Below, piece after piece: positions 35,291 to 48,927 of a DNA stretch of 64,000 bases. Below the pieces are notes generated by a model. It saw only the letters and a list, made by a program, of their open reading frames with translations, did no database searches and was not told where the DNA came from. The first letter of the stretch is position 1; the number at the start of each line of letters is the position of its first letter. Position numbers and translations under genes: made by a program. The DNA comes from Okamejei kenojei (taxonomy: Eukaryota): positions 128,960,001 through 129,024,000 of the forward strand of contig CM069131.1 in NCBI GenBank assembly GCA_035221665.1. Direction: 5' to 3'.

Positions 35291-36134
35291 TTATACTTCT
35301 TTTGGGGTTGGTGTCTTCTCCCAGTTGATCACCACCATACTTAGAGTGCAGTGAACCACCAATGCCAAAGATTTCCAGAGACATGACTATATAACGGCAT
35401 AGATTAATAAATCATCCTTGTATGTCCTTCACATTCCAGCAGCACTCAACAAAAGCAGATTCTATTAAACAGCACCTCTAATACAGTAAAATGCTCCGTT
35501 GTTGCTCAGTGATGGTCAATGGTCTTTTATTACCACTTGTACAGAGGTAGAATGAAATTATTTTTTTGCATAAAGTGCAGTAAAGAAAGTGCAGAAAAAA
35601 AAACTGATGTGATCAGGTGAAAAGCAGCACCTACCAATATTCTTGCCAGATTGAAATTATAATATGGGTCTTCATTTGTGCCACATTTCCCAAGGATTTC
35701 AAACCTCTAGAAGTCCCTAATATTCTCATTTGTCTGACATTTTTCTGTCAGGTCATCAGTATTTCCTGATTAACAAAACACCTTTCTCTCATCTTTTACA
35801 ATCTGCTGCATTTTGTGTTGTATCCCTTCAATCTGATTCCTCAGCAAAATATGTTTGTTTCAGTATTACTGCACATGAATTAAACTTTATATTTAAAAAA
35901 ACATCCAGAACAACAAGGTGGCAAAGGGTTAAGATGCACAATAAGGCTACGGTGATTGGAGGGAAAGCATGAGCTGATCTGAGCATTGCTGATTACTGCT
36001 GTTTATTCCAAAACCTGACGCTTTTGTCCCAGATTCTCCAAGGAAGCGCCAACTGTTTTGCTGTTCCCACATAGAAGTGCCAGTAAGTTTGGGATTTCTA
36101 TATAACAGAAGTTTGGCACGTTATCATTGGGGAA

Positions 36135-36545
36135 AGACAGGCCCTTTGACCGACATTGTCCATGCCGAACATGATGCCAAGATAAACTAATCTCATCTGA
36201 CTACACATGATCCATGTCCTTCCATTCCCTGCATTTCCATGTGCCCTCTTAAAAGCCTCTTAAATGCTACTGTCATATCTGGCTCCATCACCACGCTCGC
36301 AGTGAATTCCAGACACCATCCTCTGTGTAAAATAATTTTACCTGCACATCTTCTTTTAACTTTACCCTTCTAACCTTGAAACCATGCTGTCTACTCTTTG
36401 ACATTTCCACTGTGGGGAAAAAGGTTCCCTTTGTCCCCTATCTATGCCTCTCATAATTTGAAATGCTTCTATCAAATCTCCCCTCAAACTCTGGTGTTCT
36501 AGAGCAAACAATTCAATTTTGTGCAACCTCGCTTTGTAGCTAATA
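36135..36545 (-). mobile_element. CR1 LINE 3' fragment
   Basis: LFALEHQSLRGDLIEAFQIMRGIDR. Confidence 0.8.
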
Positions 36546-36647
36546 CCCACTTTTCCTGACACATTTCCTGACCCACTCTTACTGCTGAACTCCTCAAGGA
36601 GTTAATCAAGTGTACTGCATTCAGTGTTTCATGGTGTGGTCTCCTCC

Positions 36648-37800
36648 ATATTGGTGAAATCAAATGCACAATCAAGTGGTTACTTGGCAGGGCAGTTGGG
36701 TTCCTCCCTATTTCCTGCCACTTTAGTCCTTTATCCCACTCCCATACTGACCTATCTGTTTATACCTATCTGTTCTGAGAGCTCATGCAAAGAGCTGGGG
36801 AACTACCAAATCACTCTCATCCACTTTGTGAAGGAACACAAAATCAATACATCGCCAGTAAATCAGAATGAATTCTATCAATACATAGAAACGACAAAAC
36901 GTTTTATTTGGAGCTAAAGAATTCAGTGAACAAAAGATGGTCAGCTGCAGATGGGTGTTTGCTTAAAAAAAATCAGAATGTTGGAAGGCCTATAATTAAC
37001 CATCTGGTGCAAAGCTGACCCATTAGAGGCACAGGAAGAAAGCTTATTAATTATGAACATGATTACATTTATCATTTGGCTTTTGCTTTATTATTACAAA
37101 TAGTTTTTCATTATTGCATTTCTTTGACAAGAGAAAGAAATCTGATGTTTAACAATGAAGCTGGCTTTCAGATCATCCACATTAGTTGCCTGTATAATTC
37201 AGATGAATAATGGTGATGAGAATACAGCCGTCAGAGGGCTAGCGCAAAGCTGCCGTGACTACCACGTGTACTCCCGTGTACAGAGACAGGGCAAAGCTGC
37301 CGTGACCACAGCGTATACTCCCATAAGCACATCATCCACATTAGCTGCCTGTAGAAATAGAAACATAGAAACATAGAAAATAGGTGCAGGAGTAAGCCAT
37401 TCCGCCCTTCGAGCCTGCACCACCAGGCTCGAATATAATCAAACCAAGAGAACAACAGGGATTTGAATTCACAGATTGAAATTTGTTTTAAGCAATTTGA
37501 TCATTTAAGCAAGTACAGACTTCATTTCAATATGAAAATGGTAGCGCCAACCCCATTCAGTATCTATTCGCAAAGGTATGTCCATGAGGTTTTGTCAAAT
37601 CTGTTTCTAGGAAATATTGGTGAAATCAAATGCACAATCAAGTGGTTACTTGGCAGGGCAGTTGGGTTCCTCCCTATTTCTTGCCACTTTAGTCCTTTAT
37701 CCCACTCCCATACTGACCTATCTGTTTATACCTATCTGTTCTGAGAGCTCATGCAAAGAGCTGGGGAACTACCAAATCACTCTCATCCACTTTGTGAAGG
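36648..37800 (+). repeat. 187-bp direct duplication (36648-36834 and 37614-37800)
   Basis: One visible mismatch (tttcctgcc vs tttcttgcc); the content is an old Penelope GIY-YIG remnant. Confidence 0.93.
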
Positions 37801-38274
37801 GAAATCGTTTTTCCTGCGGCACATCTTTTTATTTAAGCTTTGTTATTATTGAAAATGTTATAAATATGTAAATATCTAGCATGGAAGTCATTGGAGCTAA
37901 GTTAATTAGTACTGCTTGCCTGTACAATGCATGCAAGATTCAGAAGATTCTCCCACCCACTGCTAAATCTAGTCCAACATCATTTCTCCTGCTACCTCTC
38001 TCCTACAATCTCATGTACATGTCTCCCTTCAATACACCTCCACATTCTCCAGCAGTTTTTGCTACTTTTTTGCTACTTTTTTCCATTACATTGGGAGAAT
38101 GCATACTGCGATTGGATATGCATCCAAAAAGTGCAAGATCATTTTACCTTTCCACCTTTTCAAATCCACAATTAGCAAGCAGTACATTGTCTCTTTATTC
38201 TTTTTAACAGGTGTCTCACACGTCAATTTTAATATATATGTGAGACAATTCACATATGTCTATACAATTCACAC

Positions 38275-39507
38275 ACGGCCTACCGCCAGAACAGGAGTAT
38301 GGAGGATGCCATCTCCTCGGCACTTCACTCCGCCCTCTCCCACCTCGACAACAGAGACACCTACGTGAGAAAGCTGTTCATCGACTTTAGCTCAGCATTC
38401 AACACAATTATCCCCTCCAAACTGATCACCAAACTCAATTACCTGGGACATCGACCGCTCCCTCTGCAACTGGATATTGGACTTTCTAACCAACAGACCC
38501 CAGTCTGTTAGGTTAGACAATGTCACCTCCTCAACCCTCACCCTGAACACAGGCGTTCCATAGGGCTGTGTGCTGAGCCCTCTCCTCTACTCCCTCTTCA
38601 CCTACGACTGCACACCTGTACATGGTACTAACACCATCATCAAGTATACAACGATGATTGGCCTCATCAGCGACAACGATGAGTCGGCCTATAGGGAGGA
38701 GGTCCAGCTCCTAGCAGCATGGTGCGCTGACAACAACCTGGCCCTTAACACCAAGAAGACCAAGGAGCTCATTGTGGACTACAGAAGGTCTAGGGGTGGC
38801 ACGCACATCCCCATCCATATTAACGGGACAGAGATGGAGTGTGTTTCCAGCTTCATGTTTCTGTGGGTCAACATCTCTGTTGACCTCTCTTGGACCCACA
38901 ATACCTCAACACTGATTAAGAAGGCTCACCAGCATCTCTTCTTCCTGAGGAGACTAAAGAAGGTCCATCTGTCTCCTCAGATTCTGGTAAACATCTACCG
39001 CTGCACCATCGAGAGCATCCTTACTAACTGTATCACAGTATGGTATGGCAACTGCTCTGTCTCCGACCAGAAAGCACTGCAGAGGGTGGTGAAAACTGCC
39101 CAATGCATCACCGGTTCCTCACTCCCCTCCATTGAGTCTGTCCAGAGCAGGCGATGTCTGCGAAAGGCGCGCAGCATCGTCAAGGACTGCTCTCACCCCG
39201 ACTGCAGATTGTTTACCCTCCTCCCATCTGGGAGGCGCTACAGGTCTCTCCGTTCCCTACTTAACTCTATGCCTTGGTGATTGCCAGTCACCCCCCCCCC
39301 CCCCCTCCCCACCCTCCTCGGACACTCCTTCCCCCAGTGACTGATCTCTCTCCCCGGAAATTGCACTAATGCTACTGTATATACATATATATATTTTACT
39401 GTTCCATTATTCTGTGTTCGCACTTCTGGGTGAGATGCTAACTGCATTTCGTTGTCTCTGTACTTGTACACTGCTCAATGTCAATAAAGTTTTGAATCTG
39501 AATCTGA
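38275..39507 (+). mobile_element. 5'-truncated Rex1/Babar LINE (RT C-terminal half)
   Basis: [75 protein letters not shown]; tail caataaagttt(tgaatc)n; flanking acaattcaca repeat. Confidence 0.92.
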
Positions 39508-39819
39508 CAATTCACATGTGCACTGAAATAAATGTAACAGTTGTGAATCCATTATTCCAGCTTATTAATGCCAATGTGATATCTGTTCTATTTTTATTTG
39601 ATATTTGCTATGTCACTTGGCAGATTGATCCAAGGACATTGGCTGTTCACTTCCATCGGCCTGATATTCCTTCACACTCACATTTGGGGTTGATTGTGCT
39701 GAAACAGATTGGGCTAAAAACTAACATGGTTTACAACATGATGTATTGCTGGTTCTCATAATGGTCAACACACAGTTCAGCAGGAATAATCCCACTGTCG
39801 CCTCCTTTTACCAGGATAT

Positions 39820-40375
39820 GCATTAAAGAGACCGCCTTTGGAGTTCTATGTTCAGTTTTAGTCACCCGGCTAAGACATTAAGCTGGAAAGTGTGCTGAGA
39901 AAATATACGAGGGCGTTGCCAGGACTAGGGAGACGTGAGCTAAAAGGAGAGGTTGGGCAGGCTAGGACTTTATTCCATGGAGTGCGGGAAACAAAGAGGT
40001 GATCTTGTAGAGGTGTATAACATCATGAGGGGGAAAAGATAGGGTGAATGTACTGTATTTTACCCAGACTGGGATAATCAAAAGCAGAGGACATACGTTT
40101 AAGGTGAAAGTGGCAAGATTTAACAAGAACCTGATGAGTCACTTTTTCACTCAGAGGGTGGTATGTTAGTATGCATATGGATCGAGCGGCCAGAAAATAT
40201 AGTTGAGGCAGGCACTATGATAGCATTTAAAAGGCACTTGCGTAGGTACATGGATAGGAAAGGCTTCGAGAGACATGGGCCAAATGCTGGGAAATGGCAC
40301 AAGCTTAGATGGGGTATCTTGGTCTGCATGGACGAATTGGACCAAAAGGCCTGTTTCTGTGCTGTATGACTCGAT
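39820..40375 (+). mobile_element. CR1 LINE 3' fragment
   Basis: RPPLEFYVQF-like start; IVEAGTMIAFKRHLRRYMDRKG end and CR1 tail. Confidence 0.8.
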
Positions 40376-40983
40376 GAATCTTTAGCACAATATCGGCAAC
40401 ACTCTTCCAGCTACAGAATAGAATTGGGACTTATCTTATCCATTACATAACAACACAGGAGAAGCAACACGGCCTATTATGTACCAGGGGAGAAGCCCTG
40501 TTAGTCACATTCCCTCACATGTGCCCATCAACTCCTCTGTGATTCTTTTTACTATTAATTTACATGAAGAGGTAATTTACGGCAGCCAAATAACTTACCA
40601 ACACATCTTTGGAAAGTGAGAGGAAAACAGACCATTTAAAGGAGCATGCAGACTCTGCACATGCACTGCAAAACAAAACATCCTATCGAGTTACTTCACA
40701 GTTTGGTTTGGCAACTGTTCTGCCTAAAGTTATGAACACAGTCCAGTCCATCCTATAAACTAAACATCTCCTATCAAGTCAACCATCACACTGCCTCGAG
40801 AAAGCAACCAACATGATCAAGGACCACTTACACCCTGACCATTCCATCTCCTCTCTCTCGTTAGGCAGTAGATACAAACACTTGAAAGCACATACACCAT
40901 GTTCAAGAATACCTTCTTTCCCGCTGTTTGTTGAGCATCGTTTGTCCTGTGACATGTCACATTGGCACGGTGTGCGGTACATG

Positions 40984-41440
40984 GAGGCACGGTGGCGCAG
41001 TGTTACTGCTTTACAGTGCCAGAGACCCGAGTTTGATCTTGATCACGGGTGTTTGTCTGGATGAAGTTTGTACTTTTAGTGTATAAAATTATGAAAGGAA
41101 TAGATCGGGTAGTTGCACAGAATCTCTTGCCCAGAGTAGTGGAATCGAGGACCAGAGAACATAGGTTCAAGGTGAAGGGGAAAATATTTAATAGGAATCT
41201 GGGGGGTAACGTTTCACACAAAGCGTGGTGGGTGTATGGAACAGTTGCCAGAGGAGGTAGTTGAGGCTGGGACTATCCCAACGTTGAAGAAACAGTTAGA
41301 CAGGTACATGGATACGGCAGGTTTGGAGGGATATGGACCAAGCGCAGGCCGGTGGGACTAGTGTTGCTGGGACATTGTTGGCCGGTGTGGCCAAGTTGGG
41401 CCGAAGGGCCTGAATCCACACTGTATCATTCCATGACTAT
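40984..41440 (+). mobile_element. SINE head (~40984-41077) fused to a CR1 3' fragment
   Basis: ggcacggtggcgcag..gagtttgatc followed by VYKIMKGIDRV..SRTREHRFKVKG. Confidence 0.78.
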
Positions 41441-44102
41441 GATTCTATTTGGAGCTGCCGACAACAATGGCACCTGCCAGGATGCCCACAGAGGGAAGCT
41501 GCAACACATCAAGAAGGGAAACCATGCTGAAATCAACAGTGTCAAATTCTGCCCAATCTTACCCAGGAAAATCAGCACATTGTTCTGTTAATCGTGCAAT
41601 TAAATGTATCATTATGCAAAGAGTAACCTGCAACTTTGCTTTAATAGCAAAAAAAATGGCTGTGAACAATTTCTGGATATTTTACACTCACTCTTCATCT
41701 TGAACTACTTAGTTTGATAAAATAATAACTCACAAAATTCTGTATTCCATAAATTGTATTCAATAAGTTTGATTTTGTTATATATTTAATAATACTTTTT
41801 CTTTCCAATAACTGTTAACTTCGCCTATTTCGTTTCAAGCATAATGTCAACTATCGAGAAATTGTTTAGACTTTTGCTGTTCTTGGACAAGCCACAGAAA
41901 CATATTGCCCTCCATTTTGACCTGTTCTTCAAATTCCAGCATTATTTTTCAATTTCCAGCATTAATATTTTATGAAAACATCACCCATTCCTTCTCTCCA
42001 GAGATGCTGCCTGCCCCGCTGAGTTGCTCTAGCTTTTAGTGTCTACCTGTCTAATATTTTATCAATTTATTAAAATCCTTCTAATCAATAATCACCAGAT
42101 CTCTGTCATTCCATTGTTCTACAGGCTCATCCTCCCACCTATAACCATTCCCATTAATCATCGTTCTTGGACAATATTTCATTTTAATCGGTTTCTTCCT
42201 CACTGCTCAAAACTGTGGATGTGTTTTGTTCTCTCCCACAGCCTTTTCTTGTCACAGCAATCATTAAAATCAAATCTTGGAACTGTCTAAATACCACTCT
42301 TTAGCACTTTGTCTTGGACTAATGGTCTTTCACCTCTGTCCAGGTTTCTGTGAAAAAAAAGGCGATGTTAATATAAAGCTAAACTACAATTGTTTTTTCT
42401 GATTTTTTCTCGCCGTATTACTGAACTGATAGAAATAATACTTACATATACAAGTCTCACACCATCCATTTCTGGTATTTGAAATGATCATTTTTTAAAT
42501 TCCACTGCTTCACTATCCACCTACATATTTTCACTAATCGTTGAAGTAGTCATCACACCCTCAGCTATGCTTCAGGTTACAAAGGAAAACAGCCAGGCGA
42601 GATCTCTTTGCCAAAACCTTAAATTGCAGCATAGGCATAACTTCCCACAGATGGCATTTAGTTACATTTCAAAGATCATTTTATGTTCATATCCAGATAG
42701 ATGCCGGTGGGATAATTTCTGAAGCAATGCTCATGAAGGTTTTGCTTTTTCTGCTTACTCTAATTGATTGTTGTGAAACTAGTTCCAGCTTCAAACCCAT
42801 AGCGTTACATCTGCAAAAGATGCTAATGGTATTCATTGATGTTACTAAACTTTATGAATATCATTGAATGCACTTATTTTGAACCATTTTGGCTTGACTG
42901 GCAAACCGATTAAATTCTCGTGACAGGACAAATTGAACACTTACTGAAACAAGGAAGCATAGGTTTACATAACTGCTAATTTTTAAATTCTGCAAAGGTA
43001 AAAGAAGCATAGTGATTCACCATTGGTGGCATTTTCAAACAGAATCCATCTGCTGCTGTGGTTCAAAGTTCATTTCATCGATCTTTGCCCCACAACATTA
43101 AGCGGCAGTTTAAAAACCCATCTGCGATTCCATTCTGAAGATAAATTTTGCACTGCAGACGTCATTTATACACTGGTCAAAGCAAAGTACTGGGAACTCA
43201 ATTGTCCATGAAAGCTACAGCACATTAATGGGATTTTTTAAGCTTCTCAGGAGATCGACTACTTCAAAAGAAAATGTTATATATTATGCACACAGAGTTC
43301 TGTTTCATCTGGAATTATTTAGTGCAGATAATATTTTTCAGAGTATCAATAAGGATTTCCAAAGAGTACACCTGGGAGAAATAAGCCACTTGCAATAGAT
43401 GACTGTTTTCATTTTTTAACACAACAAGAAATGGTTATGGAGTCTAGGCAGCTGCTCAGCCATCACTTTCATCATCAAGATGTTTCATCAAGTGTTATTA
43501 ATTTGCTAGGAATTTAGTTCTGGCAGCACAATTCAATCATGAACCATAGGCCAATGTTGTAGCTGCTGTTTATTTCAGTCGGAAGGCTCCTTTTCTGTTA
43601 ATAGTATTTGTGCAGCAATTGTTTGCCTGCTGCTGTCACTGGTTTCAAGGTCGTTCACTCTGCGTCATTACTTTGAACATGAACCTAGTATATCTGTACA
43701 AACGACCGCTTGCCCCTCCATCCGTACTGTGAATAAATACTCCTCTGCACATGAAGCACGTTTAGACATCTCCATGGCTATCGGGGCACTGAATAAGGTC
43801 TTTTGTATCACCGTCAATAAAATGGTGGAAACACTCGTCAATGACTTGCTACGGAGGCAGCCATAGTCCTATTCTATCGCTGATATTTCTTTTGTCCTAT
43901 CCATTCCACCCCCACCTTCTCCATATGTTTCGCAGTTATGATGAAAGATCTTCGACCTGAATGTTATCTCTGGTTTTCTTTCCACCGGTGTTATCAAATC
44001 TGAAACTTTCCATTTTTTATCTCATAAAGACCAATCAGACTTCAGCAGACCCATAGCACTGCTATTGGAATACTTTGACTCAAAACTCTACAACAAGGCT
44101 CT

Positions 44103-44388
44103 AGGGTGGCACAGCGGTAGAGTTGCTGCCTTACAGCGCCGGACTTCAGGTGATCTCTGTACAGAGCTTCTACGCTCTCCATGCATGGGTTTTTTCCTGA
44201 TGCTCTAATTTCCTCCACACTCCACAGAAGTATAGGTTTGTAGGGTTAATTGGCTTTGGTTAAAATTGTTAATTGTCCTTAGTGTGTAGAATAGTGCTAG
44301 TGTGTATGGGGATCACTGGTCGGTGTGGACTCGGTGCGCCGAAGGGCTTGTTTCCGCGCTGTTTTTCTAAACTCAACGGAACTAAACT
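44103..44388 (+). mobile_element. HE1/V-SINE-like SINE
   Basis: Head, central domain and tail present. Confidence 0.85.
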
Positions 44389-44480
44389 GATACCTTCACC
44401 CCTGGAGGAAGTTGTGCATTACACACCAACTTATCTGAATTATTGTTCATAAATTTATAAGTGATAGGAGCAGAATTAGG

Positions 44481-44776
44481 GCGACATGGTGGCGCAGCGG
44501 TAGAGTTGCTGCCTTACAGCCCTTGCAGCACTTGCAGCGTCGGTGACCCAGGCTTGATGTACCGAGTTTGTACGTTCTCCCTGTGACCGCGTAGGTTTTG
44601 TCTGAGATCTTTGCTTTCCTCCCACAGACGTACAGGATTGTAAGTTGATTGGCTTGATAAAACTGTAAATTATCCCTAGTGCAGTGTTAATGTGTGGGGA
44701 TCGCTGATCGGTGCTGACTCGGTGGGCTGAAGGCCCTGTTTCCATGCTAGATCTCTAAACTAAACTAAACTAAACT
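44481..44776 (+). mobile_element. HE1/V-SINE-like SINE inserted in a minus-strand CR1 tail (44455-44935)
   Basis: TSD aattagg at 44474-44480 and 44777-44783; (ctaaa)n tail. Confidence 0.88.
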
Positions 44777-45939
44777 AATTAGGCCATCGGCCCATTAAGT
44801 CTACTCCGCCATACAATCATAGCCTATCTATCTTTCCCTTTTTAATCCCATTCTCCTGCCTTCTCTCCATAACCCCTGACAACCGTACTAATCAAGAATC
44901 TACCTATCTCTGCCTTAAACATATCCATTGACTTGGATTCACCACCCTAAAGCTGGAGTTGGTGTTAGCATCTATATGTAATCATATTTCTGCTAAATGA
45001 AATCTCCTGTCGTCATCTAACCCCACTCACTCTTCAATAATAAAAATGCCCTTCCATCGTGATGAGCCATAAGGTTGTCAGTGAAAAGTAAGGGATGCTG
45101 GCACTGTGGTTCTTTAAAATAAAGGCATGAGGAACAGACAGGCTTTGTAATTCTGGCAGATAATATTAACTTGCCCAAATTTCAAAACACTCGTTTTGAA
45201 ACTCGCTGCTGGCTGTAAGTAGCTGCACTTCAAAGTGCCATATGTGATTACATTTGGTATTGGACAGGCAGGAAATGAAACTTGTAAAATGTAAGTACAA
45301 GAATGTAAGTACATTCAACTGCAAGAAAATGGTTCAATAACTGATAAACATCAAGAGGGGCCAGGCACCAGTCTCAACCAAACCGTGTCTATTAGGGATC
45401 GGAGTTAGTGATGGTCTTGGATATGGTCCTAAGGTTTGAGGAAGGAAACAATCCAAAGATTGGAATCAATACATTTGGTGTGTAGAATGGAATCTATAGA
45501 TCAGTGGCAGTAATCAGGTCAGGGATGCAGTATAGGGTTGAGGATTATGGTCCATATTTGATCCTCTGGGTCATAAAACAAAGAAACGGGACTTCAGGAC
45601 TTCATTGGATAAGCGGAGCGCCAGGTAGTTGGGAGGGAAGTGTCGAGGGTCTTCAGGAGCAACATCAGAGCATTCATTAGATTGCCATCCCATATATAAA
45701 ACAATGCTAAGTATCTATAATCAACCCGTGTCCTTCCAAATGCACATTAGCTGTGATCATCTCACTATAACTCCTATCTAGTTTCGCAGACAATCCTTTG
45801 GTCATCCATCCGCAGTTCCAGTGTCCTCATGCAGTCAGGCAGGAGCTGATACTGGATGCCCCTCCAACAGGAATCGTCATCAGGGATCCTAGAAATTTCA
45901 CTGACTTCCCACATCCTGCAGAAGGAGCATATCAATGCC

Positions 45940-46230
45940 CGGCACGGTGGCATAGCAGTAGAGCTACTGCCTTACAGCACCAGAGTCCCGGGTTTGATCC
46001 TGACAATGGGTGCTTGTTTGTACGGAGTTTGTACATTCTCCCCGTGACCTGCATGGGTTTTCTCCAAGATTTCCGTTTCATCCCACACTCCAAAGACCAC
46101 TGGTTTGTAGGTTAATTGGCTTGGTATAAATGTAAATTGTCTCTAGTGAGTGTAGGATACTGTTAGTGTGCGGGGATCGCTGGGGATTCGGTGGGGCAAA
46201 GACCCTGTACCTCTAAACTAAACTAAATTA
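45940..46230 (+). mobile_element. HE1/V-SINE-like SINE
   Basis: ggcacggtggcatagcagtagag..cccgggtttgatcc..ctaaactaaac. Confidence 0.85.
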
Positions 46231-46896
46231 AATGCTCCAAATGCCATCCCTATTTCACCAAGACCAACGAAGAGTTAACAAAAAATGACCTTATTTTGTT
46301 GTCACTCTGTTCAGCCTCTTTGCCGGGGCCTCGTGAAACAAGGTGTCAACACTTACCCTCAGATACAACACTTCACCTCAATGCAGCTGGAGGATAGAAA
46401 CTGTTCTACTTCATCAGGTGATGAGCCTCAATGTCCCCCCCAATTGTGACAGATTCATAGCTCAGGCATGGGTTAAACTGCAACTGAGGTTCTAATGACT
46501 TTTGGAATCTGGAGTTGAAGGCATCCATGAAAGCATGTTGTCAGGACCAGAAGTAAACGATAGTTTAGATTTCACACTGAACATGGTGCAAACCTATAGT
46601 GGAAGGCAGTTGTGGCTGACTGCATTGGCATGTTTAAGAGGCTGTTGAATTGAAGCACAGAGATTATATTAATAGTGTGAGTCGAGGTATCATTGCACAT
46701 TGTTCTTGGGTCGTGAGACTCGGCAGATGCGCTGCAATGGTCCGCTGTGCATTCTACTGCTTCTATTTAGAAAACATCACGTATGAATATAGACAAGATA
46801 CAAGATACAAGACACATTTATTTGTCAAAGTGTTGTGCGAACTAGGAGTTTTTTTAAACTTTTTTTTAATTTTTTTATTTTAATTTATTTTTCAGG

Positions 46897-46939
46897 GATC
46901 AGGTCTGAAGAAGGGTCTCGACCCGAAACGTCGCCTATC
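46897..46939 (+). ncRNA. Best-preserved minimal hammerhead motif in the window
   Basis: gat(c)AGGT-CTGAAGA-A-GGGTC tc GACCC-GAAA-CG-TC-GCCTatc: intact core, GUC cleavage triplet, extended stem I; lies in insertion 46828-47002 with 14-bp TSD acatttatttgtca. Confidence 0.7.
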
Positions 46940-47002
46940 TCCTTCGCTCCTTAGATGCTGCTGCACCCGCTGAGTTTCTCCAGCCTTTTGTGTAACCCCA
47001 CA

Positions 47003-47826
47003 ACATTTATTTGTCACATGTGCCAGATGGCACAGTGAAATGTGATTACCATACAGCCATACAATAAAAATAAAGAACACAACACACAATAGAATTCAAC
47101 ATAAAAACATACCTACACAGCAGAATCAAAAGTTTCTCACTGTGAGGGAAGGCACCAAAGTCAGTCATCTTCTAATGTTCCCCAATGTTCACCTGTGGTC
47201 TGGGCCTCCCGGAGCCCACCGCAGTCGCCACTACGCGCGGCCCGATATTCAGGCCTGCTCGCCGGGGTGATGTAAGTCCGACGTCGGGGCTGGGGGACCT
47301 CCTCAGCGGCCTGGACATCAGAGTCGGCCCCCTCCTAGCGGAGTCCGCGGCTCCCAAAGTCTGCAGGGCGCGCCAGGCAGAGATGCAACGCTGGCGGCCC
47401 TCGAAAAAGGGCCCCAGGACTCCGCGATGATGGTCAGCGCCGCCCGCATTGGAAGCTCTCCCAAACCGCAGCTCCGGAGCTCCAAACGGAGATCCAGGTA
47501 GGCATCGCCCGCTCCGCGGTCAATTGCACTGCGCTGCCGCTGTTGTCGCTCTGGTCCGGTTCCTGGTCCCCAGCAGGAAAGGCCGCTCCGATCCAGGTGG
47601 TAGGCCGCGAGGAGAGGGAGGAGGGGGGCGGCTCGGAGAAATAGTCGCGTCCCCGCCAGGAAGCGGCTGGGGAACAGTTTCCCCCTTACCCTGCCCCCCT
47701 CCCCCACATAGAAAAGTAAAAAGATTCCCCCATATACAGACTTTAAACTAACTAAAAAAAATTTAAAAGATTGAAAGACAAACAGGCTGTAGGCAGAGGC
47801 TGCCGTCAATGCGGCGCCCCTAGTGG
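47003..47826 (-). mobile_element. Non-autonomous GC-rich retroposon, copy 2
   Basis: Same head and 3' tail as copy 1; terminal (tcttgta)n displaced to ~46793-46813 by the hammerhead insertion. Confidence 0.75.
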
Positions 47827-48733
47827 AATATAGACAGAGGTTTACTTGAAGTTCAGCAATAAAAGAAACAATATTTATGCTATTTTAAAGCCTACATGCA
47901 GCGATCAGTGTGGAGCACTTATCTGCATTAAATTATCTAATTTCTGCCAGCTTTTATTGGTGTATCGGCATATATGGTAATCATACAGCAAAGGGTGACA
48001 AAGGCTATAAATATATACTTAAAATGTGTTAAATTTAAGATAAACATAAAGAGAACATAGTGGATGAAGATAGCAGCGGATTTGAATGGAAGTGCTGGAG
48101 CTGATAATGAACACCAGTGACTTTGGCTTGGTTCATCTGTCTGATGATGTACTGCAGGACTGATAAAGGCTTTCAGTGCTTTGAATCAGCTGGGTCTGTT
48201 CAGAATCATGGAAATACCAGTTCTGCAACCTCGCAGGAGAGACACAATGGGAATTAATCAGAGACAGCGAATGATTTTGGTATGCAGAGGGGATCCCACA
48301 AATTATAGTCAGTGACATAATGCACACAAGGCAGTTTTTGGAAATGCGATGGTAGGCGAGACCATCTGAAACAAAACTAAGCGAAAGGGCACATCAGGGA
48401 GCGATGACAACTGAGATAAGCAAAGCAAGCTGAGGTGTTACATACATAACAAGCAGTCTGTGCTGTTCTGCAAATGGCAGAACACAGCAGGAAAGCTTAA
48501 GCCTTGACAAGAGAATGATTCAAACATGGAAAATCTGAACCCCTAAAAGAAACCATTCCTGTTCAATTGGCCAATATTGCTGGCATGAAAGTAAAAGGGA
48601 AATCTGAAAGTAAAACGTGTTGCTGCCGATGTCAATGTGCAATTGCTCAGGTTATTCACAAAGTAAATAGTTTTGTTCAGGCCCAACCTCAATGTTGTGG
48701 TGAGGGGGTGTGAGGATGAGGGGGTGTGAGGGT

Positions 48734-48767
<34 letters not shown>

Positions 48768-48927
48768 GGGGGGGAGGGTGAGAGGATACATGGATACAGT
48801 TTTCACAAAATGTTTTGTGCATTTAAGGGCAGTATCTAATTCTCAAGCATTTTAATTACAATTTGAAATCAGTTTGCACTGATGTTGCAGCAGCATTAGA
48901 AATGCGACCAATATTAATGTGTTCATC

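Noticed and set aside
47180-47720. CpG-island promoter of a host gene
   Set aside because: Falls entirely inside a dispersed repeat with two relatives in the window
48730-48778. Long poly-G/poly-C runs (also 555-580, 15918-15939, 20172-20199, 32405-32441) as functional G-quadruplexes
   Set aside because: Simple homopolymers, often inside TEs, with unreliable assembled lengths and no independent evidence of function
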